A DNA stretch of 64,000 nt from an uncultured virus (IMG/VR IMGVR_UViG_3300030110_002660) (IMGVR_UViG_3300030110_002660); one strand, 5' to 3'; shown: positions 11,043 to 20,881, numbered from the stretch's first letter. The notes: generated by a model from the letters alone, not told the origin. Made by a program: numbers and translations.

Positions 11043-11365
11043 ATAAATTCTATTAAATCATTATCTATTTTTAACCAACAATTAGAACAAACAATTTTAC
11101 ATTCAGATAATAATTCTTTAATTTCTTCTCTACTTGTTTCGTTCAGTCCTTTTCTTTTAGAAAGTTTTTTAATTTTTGCATCATGTGGATGAAATTTAAG
11201 ACATATTGATTCACTTTCACCACAATGTTTACATGCTTTACCAACTAGATATTCATTTAACCATTGAACACGTTTATAATAGTTTCTTCTTGCGACTTTT
11301 TTAATGGTATCTTTATACTTATTGTAATGATTATTACTCATAAACATATTTATATGTCTTATCAC
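11039..11365 (-). CDS. HNH-like zinc-finger protein with degenerate active site (start probably MSNNH at 11341)
   Basis: CKHCG...LKFHPH...CKIVCSNCW: two CxxC pairs spaced as in small phage HNH proteins. It has its own minus-strand late promoter. Confidence 0.65.
   Translation of the reverse strand: MIRHINMFMSNNHYNKYKDTIKKVARRNYYKRVQWLNEYLVGKACKHCGESESICLKFHPHDAKIKKLSKRKGLNETSREEIKELLSECKIVCSNCWLKIDNDLIEFI
11347..11354 (-). promoter_or_regulatory. Late promoter on the minus strand for the HNH-like gene
   Basis: Forward TATTTATA reads TATAAATA on the minus strand. Confidence 0.6.
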
Positions 11366-11397
11366 ATATAAAATGTATTTTTTAGGAACATCAATTT

Positions 11398-11405
11398 TAT
11401 AAATA
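11398..11405 (+). promoter_or_regulatory. Late promoter for gp18
   Basis: TATAAATA upstream of an AAGGAG RBS and the gp18 start. Confidence 0.8.
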
Positions 11406-11471
11406 TTAACGAAATCGAAAAGATTTTATGATATTTAAATATTATAAATTTAAATAAAAGGAGACATAGAC

Positions 11472-13466
11472 ATGGGATTTTTAGTTTCTCCAGGTGTACA
11501 AGTTAATGAAATAGATTTAACTAATGTCATTCCTGCTGTTTCTACGTCCATTGCAGCAATTTCATTGCCTGCACAAAAAGGGCCAGTAGAAGAAATAGTA
11601 GACATTACTTCTGAACAAGAACTCGTACAAACTTTTGGAAAACCAAACGGTAGTAATTTCGAACCTTTCTTCGTTGCTGCCAACTTTCTTAAATATGGAA
11701 ACGCATTAAGAGTTGTAAGACCTACATCAGCTATAGTAAATGCTGCTGTAAGTGGTACAAAAGTACTCGTTAAAAATGATGACCATTATCAAGAAAACTA
11801 TGCAAGTGGTGAAGGTAATGTCGGTGAATGGGCCGCAAGAAGTGCTGGAACATGGGGTAACTCAATAGGTGTTTCAATTTGTCCAAGTGCAACTGCATTT
11901 GAAGAAAATATAGGCTCATCTAACTTGACAATTGGTGAAGATGCTGTTGGTGCAACATCAATTCTTGTTGACGATGGTAGTGCATTTAATGTAGGTGATT
12001 TAATATCATTCTCAACTGCTGACGCATCAAGTACTGCAACTAACTTTGCTCATATTAGTGGAGATGAAGGTAATGAATATGAAATTACTGCAATTTCCTC
12101 AAATACTTTAACAGTTAGATTAGATGGTGACGCAAATGGTAGTGGTGTAAAAGCCATTGTTCCAGATAATACATTTATTCGTAGACGTTGGAGATGGTAT
12201 GATTTATTCGCTACTGCTCCAGGCACATCTGCATGGTCAACCGAAAATGGTCGTGGTTCGAATGATGAACTACATGTAGTCGTATATGACACAACTGGTG
12301 ATATTACTGGAAATGATGTTGACGTTGCTGGTCAAAGAGCAGCTTCAGTTATTGAAACTTACGCAGGGTTATCAAAAAACTCAGCTGCAAAAACAGCACA
12401 GGGTAGTACTAATTACTATCCAGATGTTATTTTTACACAATCACAATTTGTTTACTGGATGGACCACAATTCAAGTGGCTCAAACTGGGGTACAGATACA
12501 ACTACAACATATACTGCTGTAAACTCACCAACTTTAAACTCACTTACAGGTGGTACTGATGATTATTCAGTAACAGTCGGCGAACACACAATCGCTTACG
12601 ATAGATTTAAAGACGCTGAAACAGTAGATGTTAATTTAATTTTAGGTGGAAAAACACCAGATGATGCAACAAATGGTGATACATATGGTACAATGTTAAT
12701 CGACCTTGTTGAATCAAGGAAAGATTGTATTTGTTTCATCTCGCCTGCAAGAGCAGACGTAGTAAATGTATCAACTGCATTAACACAAACTAATAATGTT
12801 AAAACATATTTTGACACATTACCATCTTCATCTTACGCAGTATTTGATAGTGGTTACAAATATATGTACGACAAATACAATGATGTTTATAGACATGTTC
12901 CATTAAATGGAGATGTTGCTGGGACTTGTGCAAACACAGATATAGTGACTGACCCTTGGTTCTCACCTGCTGGATTCAACAGGGGACAAATCAGAGGTGC
13001 AGTAAAACTTGCATACGACCCAAAACAAGCACATAGAGATACTCTTTATAAAGCAAGAGTCAATCCAGTAGTTAATTTTTCTGGACAGGGTGTTCATTTA
13101 TTTGGAGATAAAACTGCATTAACAAAACCAAGTGCATTTGATAGAATCAACGTAAGAAGATTGTTTATCGTTCTTGAAAAAGCAATTGCAACTGCTTCTA
13201 AATTCCAACTCTTTGAATTCAATGATGAATTTACAAGAGCACAATTTAGAAATTTAGTTGAGCCATTTTTAAGAGACGTACAAGGTAGACGAGGAATTAC
13301 AGACTTTAGTGTAGTTTGTGATGCGTCAAATAATACAGGAGAAGTTATTGACAGAAATGAGTTTATTGCAGATATTTTCATTAAACCAGCAAGGTCAATT
13401 AACTTCATTACACTAAATTTCATAGCAACGAGAACTGGTGTCGCATTTAGCGAAGTCGGTGGTTAA
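11472..13466 (+). CDS. gp18: Tail sheath protein gp18
   Basis: SPGVQVNEID, PWFSPAGFNRG, FDRINVRRLF, KPARSINFITLNF motifs. Confidence 0.97.
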   Translation: MGFLVSPGVQVNEIDLTNVIPAVSTSIAAISLPAQKGPVEEIVDITSEQELVQTFGKPNGSNFEPFFVAANFLKYGNALRVVRPTSAIVNAAVSGTKVLVKNDDHYQENYASGEGNVGEWAARSAGTWGNSIGVSICPSATAFEENIGSSNLTIGEDAVGATSILVDDGSAFNVGDLISFSTADASSTATNFAHISGDEGNEYEITAISSNTLTVRLDGDANGSGVKAIVPDNTFIRRRWRWYDLFATAPGTSAWSTENGRGSNDELHVVVYDTTGDITGNDVDVAGQRAASVIETYAGLSKNSAAKTAQGSTNYYPDVIFTQSQFVYWMDHNSSGSNWGTDTTTTYTAVNSPTLNSLTGGTDDYSVTVGEHTIAYDRFKDAETVDVNLILGGKTPDDATNGDTYGTMLIDLVESRKDCICFISPARADVVNVSTALTQTNNVKTYFDTLPSSSYAVFDSGYKYMYDKYNDVYRHVPLNGDVAGTCANTDIVTDPWFSPAGFNRGQIRGAVKLAYDPKQAHRDTLYKARVNPVVNFSGQGVHLFGDKTALTKPSAFDRINVRRLFIVLEKAIATASKFQLFEFNDEFTRAQFRNLVEPFLRDVQGRRGITDFSVVCDASNNTGEVIDRNEFIADIFIKPARSINFITLNFIATRTGVAFSEVGG

Positions 13467-13478
13467 TAGGAGAGAACA

Positions 13479-14012
13479 ATGGCAACATTAGACGAATTTA
13501 AAGCTCAGTTAATCGGCGGCGGTGCTAGACCTAACCAGTTTAGGGTTACACTAACGCCACCATCTGGGATTGTAATAGGATTAGATGTAAGAAGAACATC
13601 TTTTCTTATTAAAGCAACCAACTTACCAACACAAAATATAGGTGAGATACCTGTACCATTTAGAGGTAGAACACTTTATATGGCAGGTGATAGAGCAGAA
13701 TTTGATGCATGGTCAACAACTATCATCAATGATACTGACTTTATGGTAAGAAATGCAATAGAAAGATGGATGAATGGTATCAATGACCTAGAACAGAATA
13801 CTGGTGTTATTGACGTAGCTGATTATCAAACAGATGCAACTGTAGAACAACTTGATAGAGATGATACTGTGTTAAAAACATACATCTTTAGAGGACTATG
13901 GCCACAAACTTTAGGTGCAATAGAATTAAGTCATGATTCTGCAAATACATTAGAAGAATTTGAATGTACATGGAGATATCAACACTTTGTAGCATCTGGA
14001 GTAAACTTCTAA
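13479..14012 (+). CDS. gp19: Tail tube protein gp19
   Basis: GGARPNQF, FRGRTLYMAGDR, VEQLDR motifs; synteny. Confidence 0.95.
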   Translation: MATLDEFKAQLIGGGARPNQFRVTLTPPSGIVIGLDVRRTSFLIKATNLPTQNIGEIPVPFRGRTLYMAGDRAEFDAWSTTIINDTDFMVRNAIERWMNGINDLEQNTGVIDVADYQTDATVEQLDRDDTVLKTYIFRGLWPQTLGAIELSHDSANTLEEFECTWRYQHFVASGVNF

Positions 14013-14065
14013 TTTAGTCTTACTAAATAATGATAGTAAGAAAAATAGAAGGCAGGTAATATACA

Positions 14066-15685
14066 ATGGCAGAACTTTTTGGGTTCAAAATTACCAGAGC
14101 TAAAGAAGAAGAAGGCAGTCGTGACGGATTCACGACTCCCTCTTCTGATGATGGGGCGATTGAAGTCTCTGGCGCTGGACATTTTGCATCAGTATTAGAC
14201 TTAGAAGGCAAAACTAAATCAGACGATGATTTAATTCGTAAATATCGTGATATCGCACAACAATCAGAGTGTGATATGGCAGTAGAAGATATTGTTAACG
14301 AAGCAATCGTCGCCGATGAAGCAGACCAATCAGTAGCACTTATTTTGGAATATGTTCCTGTTCCAGAAAATATCAAAGTAAAAATAAGAGAAGAATTTGA
14401 TAAAATTTTAAGTCTTTTGTATTTTCAAAATAAAGGACATGACATTTTTAGAAGATGGTATGTTGATGGACGACTTTATTATCATATGATAATAGATAAA
14501 TCTAATCCGAAATTAGGTATCAAAGAAGTAAGATATATCGACCCACGCAAAATTAAAAAAGTTAGACAAGTAAATAAAGAAAAAGATAAAAAGACTGGAA
14601 TCGACCATATAAAAAATGTAGATGAGTTTTATGTATATAATGACAAAGGATTACAACAAGGTGTTGGTTCGACTGGCCTTCAAATTGCCGCTGATTCAAT
14701 TGCATATTGTACATCTGGATTAGTAGACCAAAACTCTAATAGAGTGCTTTCACATCTACATAAAGCAATTAAACCTGTCAATCAATTAAGAATGATTGAA
14801 GATTCTCTTGTTATTTACAGAATATCAAGAGCGCCAGAAAGAAGAATTTTTAGAATTGATGTAGGAAACTTACCTAAAGTAAAAGCAGAACAATATCTTC
14901 GTGATGTAATGAATCGTTACAGAAACAAACTTGTATATGATGCTAGTACTGGTGAGATTCGTGATGGTAGAAATCATCAGTCAATGTTAGAAGATTTCTG
15001 GTTACCAATCAGAGAAGGTGGTAGAGGAACAGATGTTCAAACTTTACCAGGCGGACAAAATCTTGGAGAAATTGAAGATATTAAATATTTCCAAAAAAGA
15101 TTGTATCGTTCATTAAATGTTCCAGTTTCAAGACTTACTGAAGAATCGCCGGGAACAGTAGTTGGTGCTGGTAGGTCAAGTGAAGTAACAAGAGATGAAT
15201 TAAAATTTACAAAATTTGTTCAAAGATTAAGAAAGAAATTTACAGGGTTGTTCCTTGAAATGTTAAGAACACAATTAATATTAAAGGGAATAATTAATGA
15301 TGAAGATTGGCAATTAATGAAAGAACGTGTCAACTTTAATTTCTTAAAAGATGGACATTTCGCAGAATTAAAAGATGCAGAATTATTACAAAATAGAATA
15401 GATACTCTTGATAGGATGCAATCATATATCGGAACATTTTATAGTAAAACTTATGTACAAAAATATGTTTTACGAATGAGTGATACTGATATAGCAAGAA
15501 TGAAAGAAGAAATTAAACAAGAAAGTGGCGAAGGCGACCTTAATGTGCCAGATGGTAGTGATGGTGTTACAAGATATCCAACTCTGCCTCCAGGCTCTAC
15601 TCAGATTGATATGACAAAAACTGATGATGATGATGGGGAAAATGGAGATACGCAACAACCGCCAGAAGATGAAGGAGAATTATAA
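14066..15685 (+). CDS. gp20: Portal vertex protein gp20
   Basis: RWYVDGR, NQLRMIEDSLVIYRISRAPERRIF, EDFWLP, LPGGQNLG motifs. Confidence 0.97.
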   Translation: MAELFGFKITRAKEEEGSRDGFTTPSSDDGAIEVSGAGHFASVLDLEGKTKSDDDLIRKYRDIAQQSECDMAVEDIVNEAIVADEADQSVALILEYVPVPENIKVKIREEFDKILSLLYFQNKGHDIFRRWYVDGRLYYHMIIDKSNPKLGIKEVRYIDPRKIKKVRQVNKEKDKKTGIDHIKNVDEFYVYNDKGLQQGVGSTGLQIAADSIAYCTSGLVDQNSNRVLSHLHKAIKPVNQLRMIEDSLVIYRISRAPERRIFRIDVGNLPKVKAEQYLRDVMNRYRNKLVYDASTGEIRDGRNHQSMLEDFWLPIREGGRGTDVQTLPGGQNLGEIEDIKYFQKRLYRSLNVPVSRLTEESPGTVVGAGRSSEVTRDELKFTKFVQRLRKKFTGLFLEMLRTQLILKGIINDEDWQLMKERVNFNFLKDGHFAELKDAELLQNRIDTLDRMQSYIGTFYSKTYVQKYVLRMSDTDIARMKEEIKQESGEGDLNVPDGSDGVTRYPTLPPGSTQIDMTKTDDDDGENGDTQQPPEDEGEL

Positions 15686-15879
15686 TGAGTGAAGAAGTTC
15701 AAAAAATAGTTGATTCTGTTAGAACAGGAAACAACATAGAAGCACAAAAAAGTTTTAAAGATGCAATGACAGCAAAAGTTGGAGATGCACTTGAAGTTCG
15801 TAGACAGGAAGTTGCAGGTACTATAGTTAAAACAATTGTTCCTGAAGATAGTGTGGATGATAACGTAAATGAAGAATAA
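15685..15879 (+). CDS. Small prohead core protein (gp67-like position)
   Basis: 64-aa ORF overlapping the gp20 stop; synteny between gp20 and gp21. Confidence 0.55.
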   Translation: MSEEVQKIVDSVRTGNNIEAQKSFKDAMTAKVGDALEVRRQEVAGTIVKTIVPEDSVDDNVNEE

Positions 15880-16123
15880 AAACTTCGAAGTTTTTATTTC
15901 TCAGATATCTGAGAAAGATGAACATAAAAAAACTAAAGGATATAAAAAGCTTTCTCCAAAAATGAAGAATGCTGTGGATAATATTATGAAAAAAATGAAC
16001 GATAAACCACAAAATTTCCTAAATAGTTTTGATAAGAGTATAAAAGATACTGCAACAAAATTTAAAGTAACAAAAAACGAACTTATGGATTATTTTGAAA
16101 AAGAATTATTTGCAGTAATGTAA
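15869..16123 (+). CDS. Small basic protein, possible prohead core/internal protein
   Basis: 84 aa; N-terminus MKNKNFEVFISQISE resembles a capsid-targeting leader. Confidence 0.5.
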   Translation: MKNKNFEVFISQISEKDEHKKTKGYKKLSPKMKNAVDNIMKKMNDKPQNFLNSFDKSIKDTATKFKVTKNELMDYFEKELFAVM

Positions 16124-16135
16124 GGATAAAAAAAA

Positions 16136-16525
16136 ATGGCAGTAACAAATCAAACATTAATCGATACAAGTTTTAAAACTGTTATCAAAACAGTAAGCGA
16201 TAACGCAGCGAATAGTGCAGTAAGCATTTTAGATGCCTCTGCAATAAGTCTCGCAGATACCAATCCTAGAGTATCTATTGCAAAAATATGGTATTCTATT
16301 GAATCTGCAAGTGGTGGTGTTGAACTTATATGGGACGCAACATCAAATGTTCAATGCGTGATTTTAACAGGAAATGGTACTTATGGTTATAGTTCTGGAC
16401 AACCAGCATTAGTTAATAACGCTGGTAGTGGAATTACTGGAGATGTTTTAGTTACAAATGCAACTGGTACATTTACTTTAATTACAGAATTTCACAAAGT
16501 ATCTGGTTATACTAATACCATATAA
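16136..16525 (+). CDS. Hypothetical beta-rich protein, probably structural
   Basis: 129-aa ORF with AGGA RBS inside the head operon. Confidence 0.6.
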   Translation: MAVTNQTLIDTSFKTVIKTVSDNAANSAVSILDASAISLADTNPRVSIAKIWYSIESASGGVELIWDATSNVQCVILTGNGTYGYSSGQPALVNNAGSGITGDVLVTNATGTFTLITEFHKVSGYTNTI

Positions 16526-16538
16526 GAGGGATAGTTAA

Positions 16539-17192
16539 ATGGGATTAAAACTAATATCAGAAAATTTAGAAGAAGTAGAATACATTACTGAAGAAAATGA
16601 GAAAGGTGAGAAAGAATATAAAATAAAAGGTATATTCATGCAAGCTGATGTTAAAAATCGGAATGGTAGAGTATATCCATTTGATATTCTAAAGAAGGAA
16701 GTTTCTAATTATAATAAGAACTTCACAAAAGAAAAAAGAGCATTCGGTGAATTAGGACACCCAGACGGTCCGACTGTAAATCTTGAAAGAGTTTCACATA
16801 TGATTACAGATTTGTATCCAGATGGTAAGAACTTCATAGGAGAAGCGAAAATCATGGATACACCAATGGGTAAAATTGTCAAGTCGTTGATGGATGAAGG
16901 TGCTAAACTTGGAGTATCTAGTCGTGGACTGGGTTCTCTACAACAAAAAAACGGTGCATCATACGTTAAGGATGATTTTTACCTCGCAACGGCTGCTGAT
17001 ATCGTTGCCGACCCATCTGCTCCAAATGCTTTCGTAGAAGGTATTATGGAAGGAAAAGAGTGGATTTGGGATAACGGTATACTACAAGAAGCAGAAATTG
17101 CACAACATAAATTGGAAATTGAGAAAGGAATTCGTTCAAGAAACGCAAACATCAAAGCATTGGAGTTTGCAAAGTTTCTCAAAAAACTTTAA
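16539..17192 (+). CDS. gp21: Prohead core protease gp21
   Basis: NRNGRVY, GELGHP (catalytic His), GVSSRG (catalytic Ser), DIVADPSAP. Confidence 0.97.
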   Translation: MGLKLISENLEEVEYITEENEKGEKEYKIKGIFMQADVKNRNGRVYPFDILKKEVSNYNKNFTKEKRAFGELGHPDGPTVNLERVSHMITDLYPDGKNFIGEAKIMDTPMGKIVKSLMDEGAKLGVSSRGLGSLQQKNGASYVKDDFYLATAADIVADPSAPNAFVEGIMEGKEWIWDNGILQEAEIAQHKLEIEKGIRSRNANIKALEFAKFLKKL

Positions 17193-17194
17193 TT

Positions 17195-17202
17195 TATAAA
17201 TA
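17195..17202 (+). promoter_or_regulatory. Late promoter for gp22-gp23
   Basis: TATAAATA immediately after the gp21 stop. Confidence 0.8.
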
Positions 17203-17237
17203 TTAATATAAAAAAACAGGAAAAAGGAGATTTCCAA

Positions 17238-18437
17238 ATGGCTGAAATAGAAAAATCAATTGAGGAACTTGAACAAGAAGTAATGGCTGAATTACAATCC
17301 GCTGATGCTTCTGATTCTCCAGTTAATGACATTCAAGAAGAAGAAGTGATTGCTGAGAAAAAAGCTCCAAAAAATGAAACAAAAGAAGTAGAGGACTTAG
17401 GTCCTGCTGTTACATCTCCAACTGACGCTAAATCTGCATCTGCAAAATCTGGTGAAAAAACAAAACAAACAAGTACAGCGCAAACAAAAGGTGCTGCACC
17501 TGCTGATAAACCAGAAACACTAAAAGCAGAAGATATGCTAAAAGCTATATCTGATAAATTAAGTAAAGCAGATGAAAAGAAGTTGATGGCGATGTACAAT
17601 AGTATTGTCAAGGAAGCAGTTCAGAATGATGAAGATGACGAAGATGACGATATTAAAAAAGAACTTGCAAAAGCTAAAAAAGAAGCAACGGAAAAAAGAA
17701 TTAAGGAAATCAAAGTCAAAGAAGACGTTGATGCCCTAATATCTGGAGAAAACGAACTTTCAGATGAATTCAAAGACAAAGCTTCTACAATTTTTGAAGC
17801 TGCTGTAAAATCAAAAGTCAGAACAGAAATTGAAAGACTAGAAGATGAATATTCTAAGGAACTTACTGAACAATCTGATAAAGCAAAAGATGAGCTCGTT
17901 GAAAAAGTAGATTCTTATCTTGACTATGTAGTTCAAGAATGGATGAAAGAAAACGAACTTGCAATTGAAAGAGGATTAAAAGGTGAGATTTCAGAAGACT
18001 TTATTGCTGGTCTAAAACAATTATTCGAAGACCATTATATAGATGTTCCTGACGAAAAATACGATGTGTTAGAAGCTCAATCCAAGAAAATTGAAGAACT
18101 TGAAGAACAACTCAATTTACAAATTGAGAAGGACAAAGAACTTCATTCAGAAATTGGCGAACTAACAAAAGATTCTATCATAAAAGATGTATCTGACGAT
18201 TTAGTCGATACAGAGGTAGAAAAGTTCAAAGGTCTTGTTGAAGATGTTGATTACTCAGATGCTGAAAGTTATAAAACAAAACTTGAAACATTAAAAGAAT
18301 CATATTTTCCAAAAAGAGCTGAAGAACAAAGCACAAATGAAATATCAGATGACGAAGCTGTTAAAGAAGTAGAAACATCTGGTAAGATGGCTGAGTATAT
18401 GTCCGCTATCAGTAAAACTCATGAACGTGCAAAATAA
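17238..18437 (+). CDS. gp22: Prohead core scaffold protein gp22
   Basis: Acidic coiled coil; TIFEAAV, VDSYLDYVVQEWMKEN, LKESYF motifs. Confidence 0.94.
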   Translation: MAEIEKSIEELEQEVMAELQSADASDSPVNDIQEEEVIAEKKAPKNETKEVEDLGPAVTSPTDAKSASAKSGEKTKQTSTAQTKGAAPADKPETLKAEDMLKAISDKLSKADEKKLMAMYNSIVKEAVQNDEDDEDDDIKKELAKAKKEATEKRIKEIKVKEDVDALISGENELSDEFKDKASTIFEAAVKSKVRTEIERLEDEYSKELTEQSDKAKDELVEKVDSYLDYVVQEWMKENELAIERGLKGEISEDFIAGLKQLFEDHYIDVPDEKYDVLEAQSKKIEELEEQLNLQIEKDKELHSEIGELTKDSIIKDVSDDLVDTEVEKFKGLVEDVDYSDAESYKTKLETLKESYFPKRAEEQSTNEISDDEAVKEVETSGKMAEYMSAISKTHERAK

Positions 18438-18517
18438 TAATAAAGTAAGTGAAATATATTGATGGAAGTAGAGACATATACTAAAATAAAGTAAAATTTA
18501 AAAAGGAGAAACGAAAA

Positions 18518-19846
18518 ATGTTTCAATCAAACAATTTACAAGAAAAGTGGCAGCCAGTACTTGAACATCCAGATTTGGGTGTAATCAATGACCCTTATAG
18601 ACGTGCTGTTACTACTGTTATTCTCGAAAACCAAGAAAAAGCGTTAAGAGAAGATAGAAGCTTTTTGAACGAAGCTGCGCCAGCTAACTCAACTGGTACT
18701 AACGTAGATAATTGGGAGCCAATCCTAATTTCATTAGTTAGACGTGCTATGCCTAACTTGATTGCATATGACATTTGTGGTGTGCAACCAATGACAGGCC
18801 CTACTGGTCTTATTTTCGCAATGAGAAGTAGGTCAGTATCACAAACTGGTGCTGAAGCGTTAGTTAACGAAGCTGATTCTGGTTTGTCAAACGATGACGC
18901 TGCTGGTGATTTAACATCATCTGCAATGACTGGAAGCAACCCTGCAACTCTAAACGATTCACCATCTGCTGGTACATACTTGTCACCAGGCGGTATGACT
19001 ACTGCACAAGGTGAAGCATTAGGAGATGCAGCTGCAAATGCTTTCGCAGAAATGGCTTTCTCAATTGAGAAACAAACTGTTACTGCTAAATCCAGAGCAT
19101 TAAAAGCTGAATATTCTATGGAACTCGCACAAGACCTTAAAGCAATTCATGGTCTTGACGCTGAAACTGAGCTTGCAAACATTCTCTCTGCAGAAATACT
19201 TGCAGAAATAAACAGAGAAGTTGTAAGAACAATTTACATTGTTGCTAAGAAAGGTGCCCAAATTAACACTACTACTGCTGGTATCTTTGACTTAGACACA
19301 GACTCTAATGGTAGATGGTCAGTTGAAAAATTCAAAGGACTATTATTCGCTATCGAAAGAGATGCCAACGCTGTTGGTCAACAAACAAGGAGAGGAAAAG
19401 GAAACATAATTATTTGTTCTGCTGATGTTGCATCTGCACTACAAATGGCAGGTGTCCTTGATTACACTCCAGCATTAAACTCTAATCTTAATGTTGATGA
19501 TACTGCAAACACATTTGCTGGTACACTAAACGGAAGATATAAAGTTTATGTTGACCCATATGCTGCAAACGTAGCTGCATCACAATACTATGTGGTAGGT
19601 TACAGAGGTAGTTCACCTTACGATGCTGGTATCTTCTATTGTCCATACGTACCACTACAAATGGTAAGAGCAGTTGGAGAAGATACTTTCCAACCAAAAA
19701 TTGGATTTAAAACAAGATATGGTATCACAGGTAACCCATATGCTTCAGGTGTACTTGCATCTGGAACTGCTGCTGGTGATGTCGGCGCATTAGACGCAAA
19801 CGATAACGTATACTATCGTAGAGTCAAAGTCACGAATTTAATGTAG
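18518..19846 (+). CDS. gp23: Major capsid protein gp23
   Basis: LVRRAMPNLIAYDICGVQPMTGPTGLIFA, KSRALKAEY, YCPYVPL, FQPKIGFKTRYG; probable maturation site FLNE|AAP. Confidence 0.98.
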   Translation: MFQSNNLQEKWQPVLEHPDLGVINDPYRRAVTTVILENQEKALREDRSFLNEAAPANSTGTNVDNWEPILISLVRRAMPNLIAYDICGVQPMTGPTGLIFAMRSRSVSQTGAEALVNEADSGLSNDDAAGDLTSSAMTGSNPATLNDSPSAGTYLSPGGMTTAQGEALGDAAANAFAEMAFSIEKQTVTAKSRALKAEYSMELAQDLKAIHGLDAETELANILSAEILAEINREVVRTIYIVAKKGAQINTTTAGIFDLDTDSNGRWSVEKFKGLLFAIERDANAVGQQTRRGKGNIIICSADVASALQMAGVLDYTPALNSNLNVDDTANTFAGTLNGRYKVYVDPYAANVAASQYYVVGYRGSSPYDAGIFYCPYVPLQMVRAVGEDTFQPKIGFKTRYGITGNPYASGVLASGTAAGDVGALDANDNVYYRRVKVTNLM

Positions 19847-19901
19847 CTCTTAGTTACATTGATTTGTTTCTTGCGACTTACGCAAGTAATACATGCAAGA
19901 G

Positions 19902-19924
19902 AGGGAACTTTAGTTCCCTTTTTT
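19902..19924 (+). terminator. Rho-independent terminator after gp23
   Basis: AGGGAAC-TTTA-GTTCCCT followed by a T run. Confidence 0.85.
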
Positions 19925-19955
19925 GTTACCACTAAATACATGAGGTTTCTAATCT

Positions 19956-19963
19956 TATAAATA
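19956..19963 (+). promoter_or_regulatory. Late promoter
   Basis: TATAAATA upstream of an AGGAG RBS at about 19975. Confidence 0.75.
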
Positions 19964-19986
19964 GTTATAATAAGAGGAGATTTGAA

Positions 19987-20312
19987 ATGGCAAACAAAGG
20001 TAAAAAACTTACAGAAGAACACAAAGCAAAGATTGTAGGTTGGGGCAGAAAACAACCAGAAAGACAAAAAGAATTAGTTGCAGATGCAAACTCCATGAAA
20101 TGGTTAGTCCACAACTTATCTACAGGTAAAAAAGAACTTGGAACTTATGCGAGTATGGTAGAAAGAATAATCTTGGAACTGCTTGGCAAGGTAACGCTAG
20201 CAGGAACGGATATAGCAAAGGATATAAAGTAACAAGATTATCTTTAAGTAAATCAACACCTACATCGGGATACAGAACAAAAGGCAAAAACAAAAATGAA
20301 AACATTGATTAA
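19987..20312 (+). pseudogene. NUMOD3-type DNA-binding protein (homing-endonuclease-derived), frameshifted near 20130-20145
   Basis: KGKKLTEEHKAKI is a NUMOD3-like motif. The -1 frame continues NLCEYGRKNNL...GYSKGYKV to TAA at 20312, overlapping the next start. No nuclease domain is visible. Confidence 0.55.
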
Positions 20313-20787
20313 ACAACTTACTGCACTATTTGTTGCGTTTTCGCTTACTGTTTTGATTATAATTTTATTATTATCATGTACAACATCAGTTAATGCAGAA
20401 ACAAGTATTGTTATAAATGGATTATCTTGGCATGATAGTGATATAGACTTTAATGAAAAGAACTATGGTTTGGGATTAGAAACAGATTTAAATGAAAAAG
20501 TTTTTATATATGGTGGTTTTTTTAAAGATAGTTTTAATGAAACAGCAAAATATGTAGGAACGGGTTATAAAATTTTCACAAAAGAAGAATTTAGTTTTAA
20601 TGTAGTATCAGGAATAACACATAAAAATATAAATTGGAATGAAGAAAAATTGTTTCCATATATACTTCCAAGTATTTCATTTTATAATTTTAATCTTGTT
20701 GTATTATCAGAAGGCCAATATAAAGATTATGAATGGCCTACAACATTGTTTCTACAATATAAAATAAAAATCCCATATATAGAGTGA
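20296..20787 (+). CDS. PagP-like outer-membrane beta-barrel protein (lipid A acyltransferase family)
   Basis: Signal peptide (VNA|E). SWH...FNEKNYGLG...FFKDSFN aligns by eye with PagP TWH...YNERPWGGG...AFKDSWN. Confidence 0.6.
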   Translation: MKTLIKQLTALFVAFSLTVLIIILLLSCTTSVNAETSIVINGLSWHDSDIDFNEKNYGLGLETDLNEKVFIYGGFFKDSFNETAKYVGTGYKIFTKEEFSFNVVSGITHKNINWNEEKLFPYILPSISFYNFNLVVLSEGQYKDYEWPTTLFLQYKIKIPYIE

Positions 20788-20795
20788 TTTAATTT

Positions 20796-20803
20796 TATAA
20801 ATA
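20796..20803 (+). promoter_or_regulatory. Late promoter
   Basis: TATAAATA, followed by a 5'UTR hairpin CGTTTCTAT-ATCC-ATAGGAACG (20832-20853). Confidence 0.75.
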
Positions 20804-20881
20804 GTGTTATTATAGGAAAAGAAGAGAGAGACGTTTCTATATCCATAGGAACGATTTAAAAAAAAACAACAGGAGAATAAA

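Noticed and set aside
19844..19960. Programmed readthrough of the gp23 TAG, giving a 37-aa extension
   Set aside because: The extension runs through the terminator and has no recognisable features. TAG ends several other genes here normally, so there is no sign of recoding.
20125..20135. Classical A_AAA_AAG programmed -1 frameshift
   Set aside because: The run is phased T_AAA_AAA_G and no stimulatory hairpin is evident. An indel or sequencing error is simpler.
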